37,496 bases of DNA. Origin: a virus (lineage: Duplodnaviria; Caudoviricetes). The notes under the pieces were generated by a model that saw nothing but the letters and a program-made list of their open reading frames with translations, did not search any database and was not told the DNA's origin. Every line of letters begins with the position of its first letter. Positions within the stretch are counted from its first letter, which is position 1. The position numbers were made by a program, and so were the translations under genes. The stretch lies in IMG/VR virus record IMGVR_UViG_3300044676_000267, positions 1 to 37,496 of that record, one strand, 5' to 3'. Positions 1 through 7,203 of this stretch are shown in pieces.

Positions 1-127
1 GGGGGGTCGATTTGGCCGAGCGCGCCTGTGTGATTGCGCCTTGCCTGTGCGTATATATGAGAAGCAGACACGTTTGCCCGTAGCCTTTTAACAAGACCGC
101 AGGGATATGCCTTGCCTTTGCTCTGTG
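1..127. repeat. Terminal direct repeat, copy 1 (127 bp); most likely circular-assembly overlap
   Basis: Identical to 37370-37496; 127 is a common maximum assembler k-mer size. Confidence 0.95.
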
Positions 128-231
128 AGCGCGTGTGTGTGTGCGATGAACGTTTTTTCGGGAGGGTTTGGCTAAGCCCTGTGTGTGTCTATCCCTATGT
201 GTGTATATATAGGAATGAGCAGTATACGAGG

Positions 232-648
232 CTAATGCTTGATGTCTTTTGGACTAGACCCCGCGCCAATGGATTTGAGCAGGTGATTCAACTCTGTCTG
301 TAGTTCTTCATCTGTTCGTGTCTTGGTTACGTCTTCTACCTTATGCACTGTCTGGTAGCCTGTACGATCTAGGATGCTGTTGATTGCACCTAACTTGACC
401 GCAGGCGATACCTTGTCATCACTGATAAGGCTCTGGAGTTTCTCAACCGCCATGGGTACAGCACCGCCTAACGCGTGTCGTGTAGCGTCATCAATCTCAT
501 TAGCCAGTTTCTTCTTCAGTTCGTATGCCTGTTGCTCAGCAGTGGCAGGACTGTAGCCCGCGCTGATTGCTGACTGGGTTGCATTGCCCGTCTGACTAAA
601 GTGATGAACAAACAGTTTTTGTTTGTCTGTAAGGGTTTTCGCTGTCAT
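232..648 (-). CDS. terS: Terminase small subunit
   Basis: N-terminal LTDKQKLFVHHF...GNATQSAISAGYS HTH motif typical of Terminase_2; co-oriented and upstream of terL on the circle. Confidence 0.85.
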   Translation of the reverse strand: MTAKTLTDKQKLFVHHFSQTGNATQSAISAGYSPATAEQQAYELKKKLANEIDDATRHALGGAVPMAVEKLQSLISDDKVSPAVKLGAINSILDRTGYQTVHKVEDVTKTRTDEELQTELNHLLKSIGAGSSPKDIKH

Positions 649-654
649 AGCCTC

Positions 655-682
655 ATTATAACCTAAAGTAGTTACAAGGCAA
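655..682 (-). promoter_or_regulatory. sigma70-type promoter for terS, probably leaderless
   Basis: Minus strand TTGCCT-16 nt-TATAAT, then 6 nt to the ATG at 648. Confidence 0.5.
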
Positions 683-703
683 TATATATGTGTAAATAAA
701 TTC

Positions 704-733
704 TTGCGTACATTTATAAATGTGTTATATAAT
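704..733 (+). promoter_or_regulatory. sigma70-type promoter of the left early operon
   Basis: TTGCGT (704-709)-18 nt-TATAAT (728-733) in an AT-rich divergent intergenic region. Confidence 0.6.
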
Positions 734-746
734 TAACCTATGTTAA
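733..746. promoter_or_regulatory. Putative operator TTAAC-N4-GTTAA
   Basis: TTAACCTATGTTAA over the predicted +1; motif recurs at 5975, 6454, 6492, 6523 and 37287. Confidence 0.65.
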
Positions 747-1096
747 ACAACAATGAGGTAAACATCATGGATAATGAAACGATAAAGCAAGCCGTGCAGA
801 TGCGTAAGGCGCATTTGAATCTGATTAAGTGGGCTTTGAATGAAGGCTGTGCAATCAGTGTCTATTGCGAAGGCGATGACTTGATTGAGGATTCTACAAA
901 GTACACTGACATCAAGGAGCATACTGAATCAGTAGACATTGCTGAATTAGTATTCACTAAAGATGGCAAGCGTAAAGGTTGGGCATTGATTGTCTTTGGC
1001 AACGAGGATGATGAGTTGGTGTCTGACCACACCGCTAATGAGTGGATGGAATCTTGGTGGACTCAATACAACAAAATGTATGAGGCAACACAATGA
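740..1096 (+). CDS. Hypothetical early protein (start 740 if leaderless, or 767 with SD GAGG)
   Basis: ORF directly after promoter; ATGA overlap with next gene. Confidence 0.8.
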   Translation: MLNNNEVNIMDNETIKQAVQMRKAHLNLIKWALNEGCAISVYCEGDDLIEDSTKYTDIKEHTESVDIAELVFTKDGKRKGWALIVFGNEDDELVSDHTANEWMESWWTQYNKMYEATQ

Positions 1097-1290
1097 AAAC
1101 ATTTTTAAACGTATTTGGAGCGTGTGCAGTGGCTGTCGGATTGATGGCCATTGCAGGCAGTGCCAATGATTGTGATGGTAAATGTATGGAGTATGCCAAC
1201 GATTTGCCCACAATGCTTATGGTCATAGGTTATGGCCTAATTTCAATAATTGGTGGCGGAGCATGTTTGTTCGCTGCCAATAAATTTTAA
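1093..1290 (+). CDS. Small membrane protein (two hydrophobic segments around a CxxxC loop)
   Basis: ATGA coupling; hydrophobic N- and C-terminal stretches. Confidence 0.75.
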   Translation: MKTFLNVFGACAVAVGLMAIAGSANDCDGKCMEYANDLPTMLMVIGYGLISIIGGGACLFAANKF

Positions 1291-1306
1291 CAAAGGAGCA
1301 ACAACA

Positions 1307-1897
1307 ATGAGCAAAGTAAAAGCAGAAATGATGGATGAAACTGAGGTCAACCATATCGAGGATGCACAAGCAGCAACGGCAGAGGATAACCAAATAGCCG
1401 CCAACCTTGCGGGTGATTGCTACAACCAATTGACAGGCAACATGGTTCACACGTTTGCAGAGCAGTTGGTTGACACTGATGAAGACCTAGCAAACAAAAT
1501 CACATCAGCAATAACGTTTGCATTGCAGGACAAGTATTATCGGAGCATTGCAGACATTAAAAAGACTAGCAACACAGGTGGCACGCATTTACACGGTTAC
1601 ATCAAAAGAACATACCCGCAGTTGGTCGAGGTGTTTGGCGAGCCGCATTTTCGTTACATACCGCGAGCAGGTGCAGAGGATAAGATTGACGTTGAATGGG
1701 CATTTGAGTTCCCTGATGGTCGTGTGTTTACTGTGTACAACTGGAAGAACGGCAAGGCGTATTGCGGCACAGATGGCATGGACGTTGAGGCCATGACAGA
1801 GTGGAATGTCGGAGCGCATAAAATGTCATCTTTCCATGCCTTAACCGAGTTACTAGACATCAAACTGGGCAAAGGTGAGTCAAATGCAGCGCGATAA
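1307..1897 (+). CDS. Hypothetical phage protein
   Basis: SD AAGGAG before ATG 1307; C-terminal half GTHLHGYI...LVEVFGEP...KIDVEW...FTVYNWK...EWNVGA resembles a common phage family of unknown function. Confidence 0.8.
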   Translation: MSKVKAEMMDETEVNHIEDAQAATAEDNQIAANLAGDCYNQLTGNMVHTFAEQLVDTDEDLANKITSAITFALQDKYYRSIADIKKTSNTGGTHLHGYIKRTYPQLVEVFGEPHFRYIPRAGAEDKIDVEWAFEFPDGRVFTVYNWKNGKAYCGTDGMDVEAMTEWNVGAHKMSSFHALTELLDIKLGKGESNAAR

Positions 1898-2090
1898 GTT
1901 CATAAGCGTTGATGAGGTTTGGGTCAAAGCAATCGTAGATGAACATTTGAAAGGTCTTAGCCCGTCACAGCGGGTTGAGGCTTTTCAGTATCTACGGGTA
2001 AACCTAGACAAGTTATATCAAGGATTGGACGAAGGTTTGCGCCTTTGTCTTGATGATTGGCACAAGAAAAAGAACGCGGGTGATTTGTGA
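1884..2090 (+). CDS. Hypothetical protein
   Basis: Overlaps previous gene end, GGTGAG SD-like site; fills operon. Confidence 0.7.
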   Translation: MQRDKFISVDEVWVKAIVDEHLKGLSPSQRVEAFQYLRVNLDKLYQGLDEGLRLCLDDWHKKKNAGDL

Positions 2091-2245
2091 TCTGGCGTTT
2101 TTTGTTAAGCGGATTCATTTGGACTCTTGCCATTTACCAATGGTGGGGCGGTGAGAGTCTGGATGCAACCGTTGTCGCAATGTGGGGCGTGATAAATATC
2201 TGGCACGCTATCGAATCAAATAGAAGAAAGGAAATGAAACAATGA
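2087..2245 (+). CDS. 52-aa Trp-rich membrane protein (absent from ORF track)
   Basis: Translated by hand: MIWRFLLSGFIWTLAIYQWWGGESLDATVVAMWGVINIWHAIESNRRKEMKQ; GTGA and ATGA overlaps at both ends. Confidence 0.7.
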   Translation: MIWRFLLSGFIWTLAIYQWWGGESLDATVVAMWGVINIWHAIESNRRKEMKQ

Positions 2246-2577
2246 GCAAAGAAAAAGCAATCGAATATCTAAAAACAATAATCAGTGAGGGTGACACCAT
2301 TTACTACGTTGTCAAACAGGTCAGCAATTCTGGCATGTACAGACACATCACGTTTTACAAATTTGGTGTCAAAGATGAGTTCCGTGAAGGTGAGGACAGG
2401 ATTGAAGCGTATTGGCTAACGCGTACAATGTGCAATGCCTTGGACTACAGATTCAAGGACAAAACTGAGTGCATGGGCGTGTCTGGTTGTGGCATGGACA
2501 TGGGTTTCCATGTGATTCATCAACTTGGTCATGTGTTGTTTGGCGATGGATACAAATTAAAATCTAAATCGCTGTAA
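2242..2577 (+). CDS. Conserved phage hypothetical protein
   Basis: VSNSGMYRHI and GCGMDMGFH motifs, recognisable from a recurrent phage family; SD AAGGA. Confidence 0.8.
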   Translation: MSKEKAIEYLKTIISEGDTIYYVVKQVSNSGMYRHITFYKFGVKDEFREGEDRIEAYWLTRTMCNALDYRFKDKTECMGVSGCGMDMGFHVIHQLGHVLFGDGYKLKSKSL

Positions 2578-2934
2578 CTATTCATAAAACAAATTATTCC
2601 TTGTGAACGGGTTGGATGGATTTATCTGACCCGTTTTTTTATCTTCATAGTTTAACCAATCAAGCACCTCTTTCAGCAGTTCTTTTTGTGTACCAAAGTT
2701 TCCTGTAAATTCTGCAGGACTCTGGTGATAACCGTATGTTCCACGGTGATGCAGATAACACAGGGGGATCACCTCATAATGACTAGACCGCTTGCCCATG
2801 CCCGTCTGGTGTTTGATGTGGTGCAGTTCTGCAGGTGAATCGTAATGGCCTAACTTAGCACAGGCGATGCAACCCAAATCAGCAACGCGTGACATGTGTT
2901 TCTTTTCTTCTGCGTTTGCAGGTTTCTTAGCCAT
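2578..2934 (-). CDS. Ref-family (HNH-like, zinc-binding) recombination enhancement nuclease
   Basis: GCIAC...AELHH...GMGKRSSHYEVIPLCYLHHRG motif pattern. Confidence 0.75.
   Translation of the reverse strand: MAKKPANAEEKKHMSRVADLGCIACAKLGHYDSPAELHHIKHQTGMGKRSSHYEVIPLCYLHHRGTYGYHQSPAEFTGNFGTQKELLKEVLDWLNYEDKKTGQINPSNPFTRNNLFYE
2606..2640 (+). terminator. Intrinsic terminator of the left early operon
   Basis: AACGGGTTGGAT-loop-ATCTGACCCGTT stem running into a T7 tract, 28 nt after the stop at 2577. Confidence 0.75.
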
Positions 2935-3265
2935 ATTGTTTCCGTTCAATAGTCTGGTTAATCATGTTCGTTTTCCATTTCTCAAAGTTTATATCAACGA
3001 TTTTCTTTTCCCATGCCCATTTAAGTTCTTCTTCAATTGCAATGCCTAACGCTTCAATGTGTTTCTTGTAACGGTCATCAGCACGCGCTTCACGTTCCTG
3101 CCCTGCTGCTGTCTTCTCACCTTTGACCATGTATTCTTTCATAAGATCGGACAACATTATCTGTCTACCATGTTCAAGCACTACAACGTCACGCTTTGCA
3201 GCCGCATGTTTCTGCCCAATCTCACGCAGTTTATGTAGTTGTTGTTCTTTACTGTCCTCTGACAT
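2927..3265 (-). CDS. Helical/coiled-coil phage protein of a recombination-associated type
   Basis: QEREARADDRY...EEELKW...FEKWKT pattern; coupled between helicase and Ref-like gene. Confidence 0.65.
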   Translation of the reverse strand: MSEDSKEQQLHKLREIGQKHAAAKRDVVVLEHGRQIMLSDLMKEYMVKGEKTAAGQEREARADDRYKKHIEALGIAIEEELKWAWEKKIVDINFEKWKTNMINQTIERKQYG

Positions 3266-4745
3266 AAGCACCCCCATTTGCTTTGGCTTTTTTGATTCTT
3301 AGATGCTGAAGAAAGCCTTTGACCTCATCACCTACAGGCATTGGCATCACACGTTTACTGTGTGGAAAATGCCCAAACTTTTCTTTGAATGTCCAATCTG
3401 CCCAACCTTGCTTGTATCCTTTTTGCTTGGAGTGATACAGCAGTTGTGCATAGAAGTTCTGTTTGTCTTGTGCAGTGGTTTCGTCCTTGTCTTTCTCAAG
3501 TTCAACCAATCTGCCTTGCTTCACCAATACTTTTTTGTCTGCCTCTGTTGGTGCATGACCACACACAGGACAAGTTCGATAGACTCTTGTAGGCTGATAC
3601 ACAGTATTACATTGAGTACAGGTGAACGGTTGTTTTTCTACTGGCGTTGATTTCTTTTTTGGTCGTGTAATTTTATCTTCTGTTAGTTCCCATTCAGGCA
3701 CATCTTCAGGGAATCCATGCTCATACACACAACCAGAATGGTCGATAATTAATGTGTCTTGTTTGTTTTCAAACGGTCTGAGTGATCGTCCAACCATTTG
3801 CAGGTAAAGGCCATAAGATTTAGTAGGTCTGGCAAGTACAACACATGAAACCTTGGGTTCATCCCATCCTTCTGTCAGCACTTGGCAGTTAGACAACACC
3901 TTTATCTTACCTACATGCAAATCATGCAGCACTTGCTCACGTTCTAGTTCATCCATTTCACCATCAACATGCCCTGCAGGTATGCCGTTATCATTAAATA
4001 TTTTTGCAATGAATCTGCTGTGGGCAATAGATGTAGCAAACACAACAGTTGGTCGGTTCTCTGCATGTCGTATCCAATGAGTAACCAAATCACCAACTAA
4101 TTTAGGTTTATTCATTCGTGTGTTTAGACCACGTTTCTCATAGTCACCTGCCATAATCTTCAAACCTTGCAAGTCTGGCATGGTCGGTGCAACAACACGG
4201 TTTGACACAAGGAATCCTTGAGCAACTAAATCTCTGATGTTTCCGCATTCAACAAGATCATCATAGATACCTCCCAAACCTTTGCCATCATTGCGCACAG
4301 GTGTAGCAGTAAGGCCAATGACATAGGCATCTGGATATTCTTTGATTAAATCTTGGAATGATTTGCTGACAGAACGGTGCGCTTCATCCAATATAATTAG
4401 GTCTGCCTTTGGTTTCATAAAATACTTGTTGTCTTTGCGTATCGTGTACGTTTGGATACTTGCAACCTGTGTTCCTGCACCGATGTTTGCAGAACGTCCT
4501 GCCATCAATACGCCATGATTGACATCAAACTGCCGTAATTTATCAGAACATTGATTAACCAGTTCACGTCTATGAGCAACAAACAAACAACTTTTAAGCC
4601 TTTGTCTGGCTGCTTGTATCATTGCACTAGCAATCACTGTCTTACCGCTACCAGTAGGCGCAACAAGTAACACACGTTTGTTACCCAAACGCATGGACTC
4701 ACGCAAGTTATGCAGTGCTAGTTCTTGATAATGTCTAAGGTGCAT
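3249..4745 (-). CDS. Superfamily 2 DEAH helicase with C-terminal zinc ribbon
   Basis: APTGSGKT (Walker A), DEAH, TAT (motif III), QMVGRSLR (motif VI), CTQC...CPVC. Confidence 0.93.
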   Translation of the reverse strand: MHLRHYQELALHNLRESMRLGNKRVLLVAPTGSGKTVIASAMIQAARQRLKSCLFVAHRRELVNQCSDKLRQFDVNHGVLMAGRSANIGAGTQVASIQTYTIRKDNKYFMKPKADLIILDEAHRSVSKSFQDLIKEYPDAYVIGLTATPVRNDGKGLGGIYDDLVECGNIRDLVAQGFLVSNRVVAPTMPDLQGLKIMAGDYEKRGLNTRMNKPKLVGDLVTHWIRHAENRPTVVFATSIAHSRFIAKIFNDNGIPAGHVDGEMDELEREQVLHDLHVGKIKVLSNCQVLTEGWDEPKVSCVVLARPTKSYGLYLQMVGRSLRPFENKQDTLIIDHSGCVYEHGFPEDVPEWELTEDKITRPKKKSTPVEKQPFTCTQCNTVYQPTRVYRTCPVCGHAPTEADKKVLVKQGRLVELEKDKDETTAQDKQNFYAQLLYHSKQKGYKQGWADWTFKEKFGHFPHSKRVMPMPVGDEVKGFLQHLRIKKAKANGGAYVRGQ

Positions 4746-5559
4746 ATCTACTCCAAATATCTTTTACCTGAAACAATACTTCGTTGTGGTTTTCAGGTGG
4801 GTTACACGCGTTAGCAAACTTCAACGCTTCTTCACGCGCATAGTCTTCAGACTCACCACGCATTCTTATGGCAATCAACATCTTGACTAATGCAGCATGT
4901 CTATCGCCTTCACCTACACCATATCGCAACGTACCTGTGTATTTACCTTGGTACATTGATGGCTTGTAATCTGTTTTTATGGCAGGTTTTTGTGGTCGTT
5001 GCAGACCAAGGCCATCGCGTATCTCTGCCATTGTGTATGGTGTATCAATGCCCTGCGCACCAATTACTTTGATTGGATATGGCTTTGACTTGTTGTGGTA
5101 AAAGCCTGCAATACGCATTACACGGGGCAAGTCTTTGACAACAGGGTCACTGTTGTACTTTGCAGCCAATGCTTGCTGATACAATGTAAATGATTCCATA
5201 GGCATATCATCTACAAGCCAATAGCAATGGTATTTATCTGGTGATGTATTGAGTATGATGTTGGGCTTTAACTCAAAGTGATCTGGCAATGGCGCACCAT
5301 CCAAATCAATAAACACAGCCCTAATCTTTGTTATGTTCTTTGTTGTTCTACCATGCAAATCAGTTTGATTGACGGTAAAAAACACACCTGCACCCTGCTT
5401 GTTCAATGACCATAGTTCTTCAAGGTGTTCTTCAAGTGTGCCATGTAGTTGTTTGGTAATCCTACGGTTCTTACCTTTGTCACAAAACGTTTGGAAACTA
5501 TGATGTGTTCCAAATGCTTCTATAAACACTGCGTAATGACTATTTGGATTGTACCTCAT
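4735..5559 (-). CDS. RepB-type (archaeo-eukaryotic) DNA primase with PriCT-like C-terminal domain
   Basis: AVFIDLDG, TSPDKYHCYW, SDPVVKDLPRVMRIAGF motifs; C-terminal GEGDRHAAL...NPPE. Confidence 0.85.
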   Translation of the reverse strand: MRYNPNSHYAVFIEAFGTHHSFQTFCDKGKNRRITKQLHGTLEEHLEELWSLNKQGAGVFFTVNQTDLHGRTTKNITKIRAVFIDLDGAPLPDHFELKPNIILNTSPDKYHCYWLVDDMPMESFTLYQQALAAKYNSDPVVKDLPRVMRIAGFYHNKSKPYPIKVIGAQGIDTPYTMAEIRDGLGLQRPQKPAIKTDYKPSMYQGKYTGTLRYGVGEGDRHAALVKMLIAIRMRGESEDYAREEALKFANACNPPENHNEVLFQVKDIWSRYAP

Positions 5560-5929
5560 CCCTACCCCATCGTTTCTCAGCACCTTTTCTACCTGCTGCT
5601 TGGCGTTTCTTACGGTTCTCTGCTTGCTCTTTACGTTCTTCTTCTGCCTGCAAACAAATTAGATACATACCGTCTTTGTCTTTGATCTGTTGAAACATGT
5701 CCTGCATGTTAGGCCACATCTTTTTTATCTTCTCAATCGTGCAGTTACACATCCTTGACATAACTTCGTAATCGAACGGTATCCTAAAACCACGCCAACA
5801 ATGACAGTAAAGCAGAATGTATGCGCCTTGTTCTTCAAGCGTCATTCTCATTCTGTTTGGTTCGCTAATCCAATCGTTTGCGTAAAACTGAAACGCAGGT
5901 GATTGTTCATGTGTCTGTCGTTTTCTCAT
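5540..5929 (-). CDS. DUF1376/YdaU-like replication initiator, N-terminal domain only
   Basis: SPAFQFYANDW...MTLEEQGAYILL and KRQAAGRKGAEKRW; stops 8 aa after the KRW motif. Confidence 0.8.
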   Translation of the reverse strand: MRKRQTHEQSPAFQFYANDWISEPNRMRMTLEEQGAYILLYCHCWRGFRIPFDYEVMSRMCNCTIEKIKKMWPNMQDMFQQIKDKDGMYLICLQAEEERKEQAENRKKRQAAGRKGAEKRWGRDEVQSK

Positions 5930-5959
5930 TGTTGCCTGTTAATTTTTGTTAATGACAAT

Positions 5960-5988
5960 AATATAATCTGAATGTTAACCTATGTCAA
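5960..5988 (-). promoter_or_regulatory. sigma70 promoter of the replication operon with overlapping operator (5975-5988)
   Basis: TTGACA-17 nt-TATATT; TTAACCTATGTCAA overlaps the -35. Confidence 0.75.
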
Positions 5989-6036
5989 CACCAATTTATA
6001 TTGGGTGTGTACTGTCTGTACTATCTTGGTTGTAGT

Positions 6037-6133
6037 TGAAGGTGAAGATGAAGGTGAAGATGAAGATGAAGGGGATACTTTTGCCATTAGCAAAACGATG
6101 GCAAACACATAGCATTGCCATAGCATTGCCATA
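6037..6133. repeat. Iteron-like block, putative replication origin
   Basis: 6x TGAAGR (6037-6072); inverted pair TTTGCCAT/ATGGCAAA (6080-6105); 2.4x CATAGCATTGC (6108-6133). Confidence 0.65.
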
Positions 6134-6143
6134 CTTTTGAGAT

Positions 6144-6190
6144 AAAAAAAAGGGAGGCAGGCCAACAATGAGAAAAAGCCTAACCTCCCT
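6144..6190 (-). terminator. Intrinsic terminator after the cro-like gene with a 15-nt antisense loop
   Basis: AGGGAGG(U)UAGGC / GCCUGCCUCCCU stem then U7; loop UUUUUCUCAUUGUUG. Confidence 0.8.
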
Positions 6191-6208
6191 GCCGCTAGTA
6201 TTTTTAAC

Positions 6209-6448
6209 CTACGCGGAGTGGTCTACCCCCTGCGGCTGCGGGGCAATTTCATGCTTTAGATCAGGACGAATATAATCCAGATCAAAGTCGCCCAAGTCTG
6301 CTATCTGATAAGCACGCAGAGGCGGTATAACTTGCCATTTAGACACGGCAGGATGACTGATATTTAGCAGTCTGGCTAGGTTTCTACCGCCATACTTACC
6401 AACTACCTCTGTCTTACGCTCTTTTGCAAGTTCATACAGTAAACTCAT
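6209..6448 (-). CDS. Cro/YdaS-like HTH transcriptional regulator
   Basis: GGRNLARLLNISHPAVSKW..IPPLRAYQI, classic Cro-like HTH. Confidence 0.85.
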   Translation of the reverse strand: MSLLYELAKERKTEVVGKYGGRNLARLLNISHPAVSKWQVIPPLRAYQIADLGDFDLDYIRPDLKHEIAPQPQGVDHSA

Positions 6449-6476
6449 AGTTTATAACCTTTGTTAATACACATAA

Positions 6477-6505
6477 ATAATACATACAGTCTTAACTAAT
6501 GTCAA
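6477..6505 (-). promoter_or_regulatory. Promoter of the cro-like gene with operator 6492-6505 (second operator 6454-6467)
   Basis: TTGACA-17 nt-TATTAT; TTAACTAATGTCAA overlaps the -35; ATAACCTTTGTTAA overlaps the RBS region. Confidence 0.75.
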
Positions 6506-6513
6506 CAAAACAC

Positions 6514-6542
6514 TTGCATTTGGTAACTTATGTTAATATAAT
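6514..6542 (+). promoter_or_regulatory. Promoter of the ssb/nuclease operon with operator in the spacer (6523-6536)
   Basis: TTGCAT-17 nt-TATAAT; GTAACTTATGTTAA in spacer. Confidence 0.75.
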
Positions 6543-6579
6543 GGGCATTCAAATAGTAAATATACAAAAAGGAGCAAAC

Positions 6580-7194
6580 ATGAGTCTAATAGCAAAAACA
6601 GTAGACAATGAGTCTAAGTATCCTGAAGTAGCAACTGGTGTACACAAGGCACGATGCGTTAAGGTCATTGATCTTGGTACACAAGAAAACAACTACGATG
6701 GACAAGTCACATGGAAACACCAGTGCATGATTATCTGGGAAGTTCCATCACAATCTAACAACAACGGTGAGCCGCTGACAATCAGTAAGTTTTACACGTT
6801 GTCTTTACATGAGAAGGCTACACTAGGTAATGACCTATCATCATGGCGAGGCCGTCCATTTACAGAAATGGAAAAGAAAGGCTTTGATATATCAAAGTTG
6901 GTTGGCGTGCCATGTATGATTAACGTTATGGAAGGCAAGAATGGTAAGCCGCGTGTGTCATCCATTATGCCATTGTCAAAAGATGAGCAGTTGGCTGAAC
7001 AGTTCCATGAGGCTGTAGTCTTTAGCGTTGATGAATACCAAAAAGGCAACCGTGATGAATTTAACAAACTGCCTGATGGTATCCGTAACATAATCCTACG
7101 TTCAAAAGAGTTGGTAGATTCACAAGACATGGGTGATGAGAGGAATGGTCAAGACGTACCAGACCTTACCAACGATGAAGACATACCATTTTAG
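6580..7194 (+). CDS. SSB-like phage replication/recombination protein (NGO0469-like)
   Basis: SD AAGGAG; GVHKARCVKVIDLGTQ motif; acidic C-terminal tail ending EDIPF like SSB tails. Confidence 0.75.
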   Translation: MSLIAKTVDNESKYPEVATGVHKARCVKVIDLGTQENNYDGQVTWKHQCMIIWEVPSQSNNNGEPLTISKFYTLSLHEKATLGNDLSSWRGRPFTEMEKKGFDISKLVGVPCMINVMEGKNGKPRVSSIMPLSKDEQLAEQFHEAVVFSVDEYQKGNRDEFNKLPDGIRNIILRSKELVDSQDMGDERNGQDVPDLTNDEDIPF

Positions 7195-7203
7195 GGGGTA
7201 GTT

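Noticed and set aside
1-127. Biological direct terminal repeat
   Set aside because: The length equals a standard assembler k-mer, so it shows circular assembly and not physical ends
5540-5583. Programmed frameshift fusing initiator and primase
   Set aside because: No slippery site evident; ATG 5559 has its own G-rich SD-like sequence
5980-6168. 62-aa minus-strand ORF with a Ser/Pro run
   Set aside because: It starts inside the terminator loop with a non-ATG codon and runs through repeats and the promoter; better explained as origin DNA
6168-6275. Plus-strand 35-aa ORF (MRKSLTSL...) with an apparent SD AGGGAGG
   Set aside because: The SD and ATG are the mirror image of the anti-RBS hairpin, no promoter is evident and it is antisense to the cro-like gene; not fully excluded
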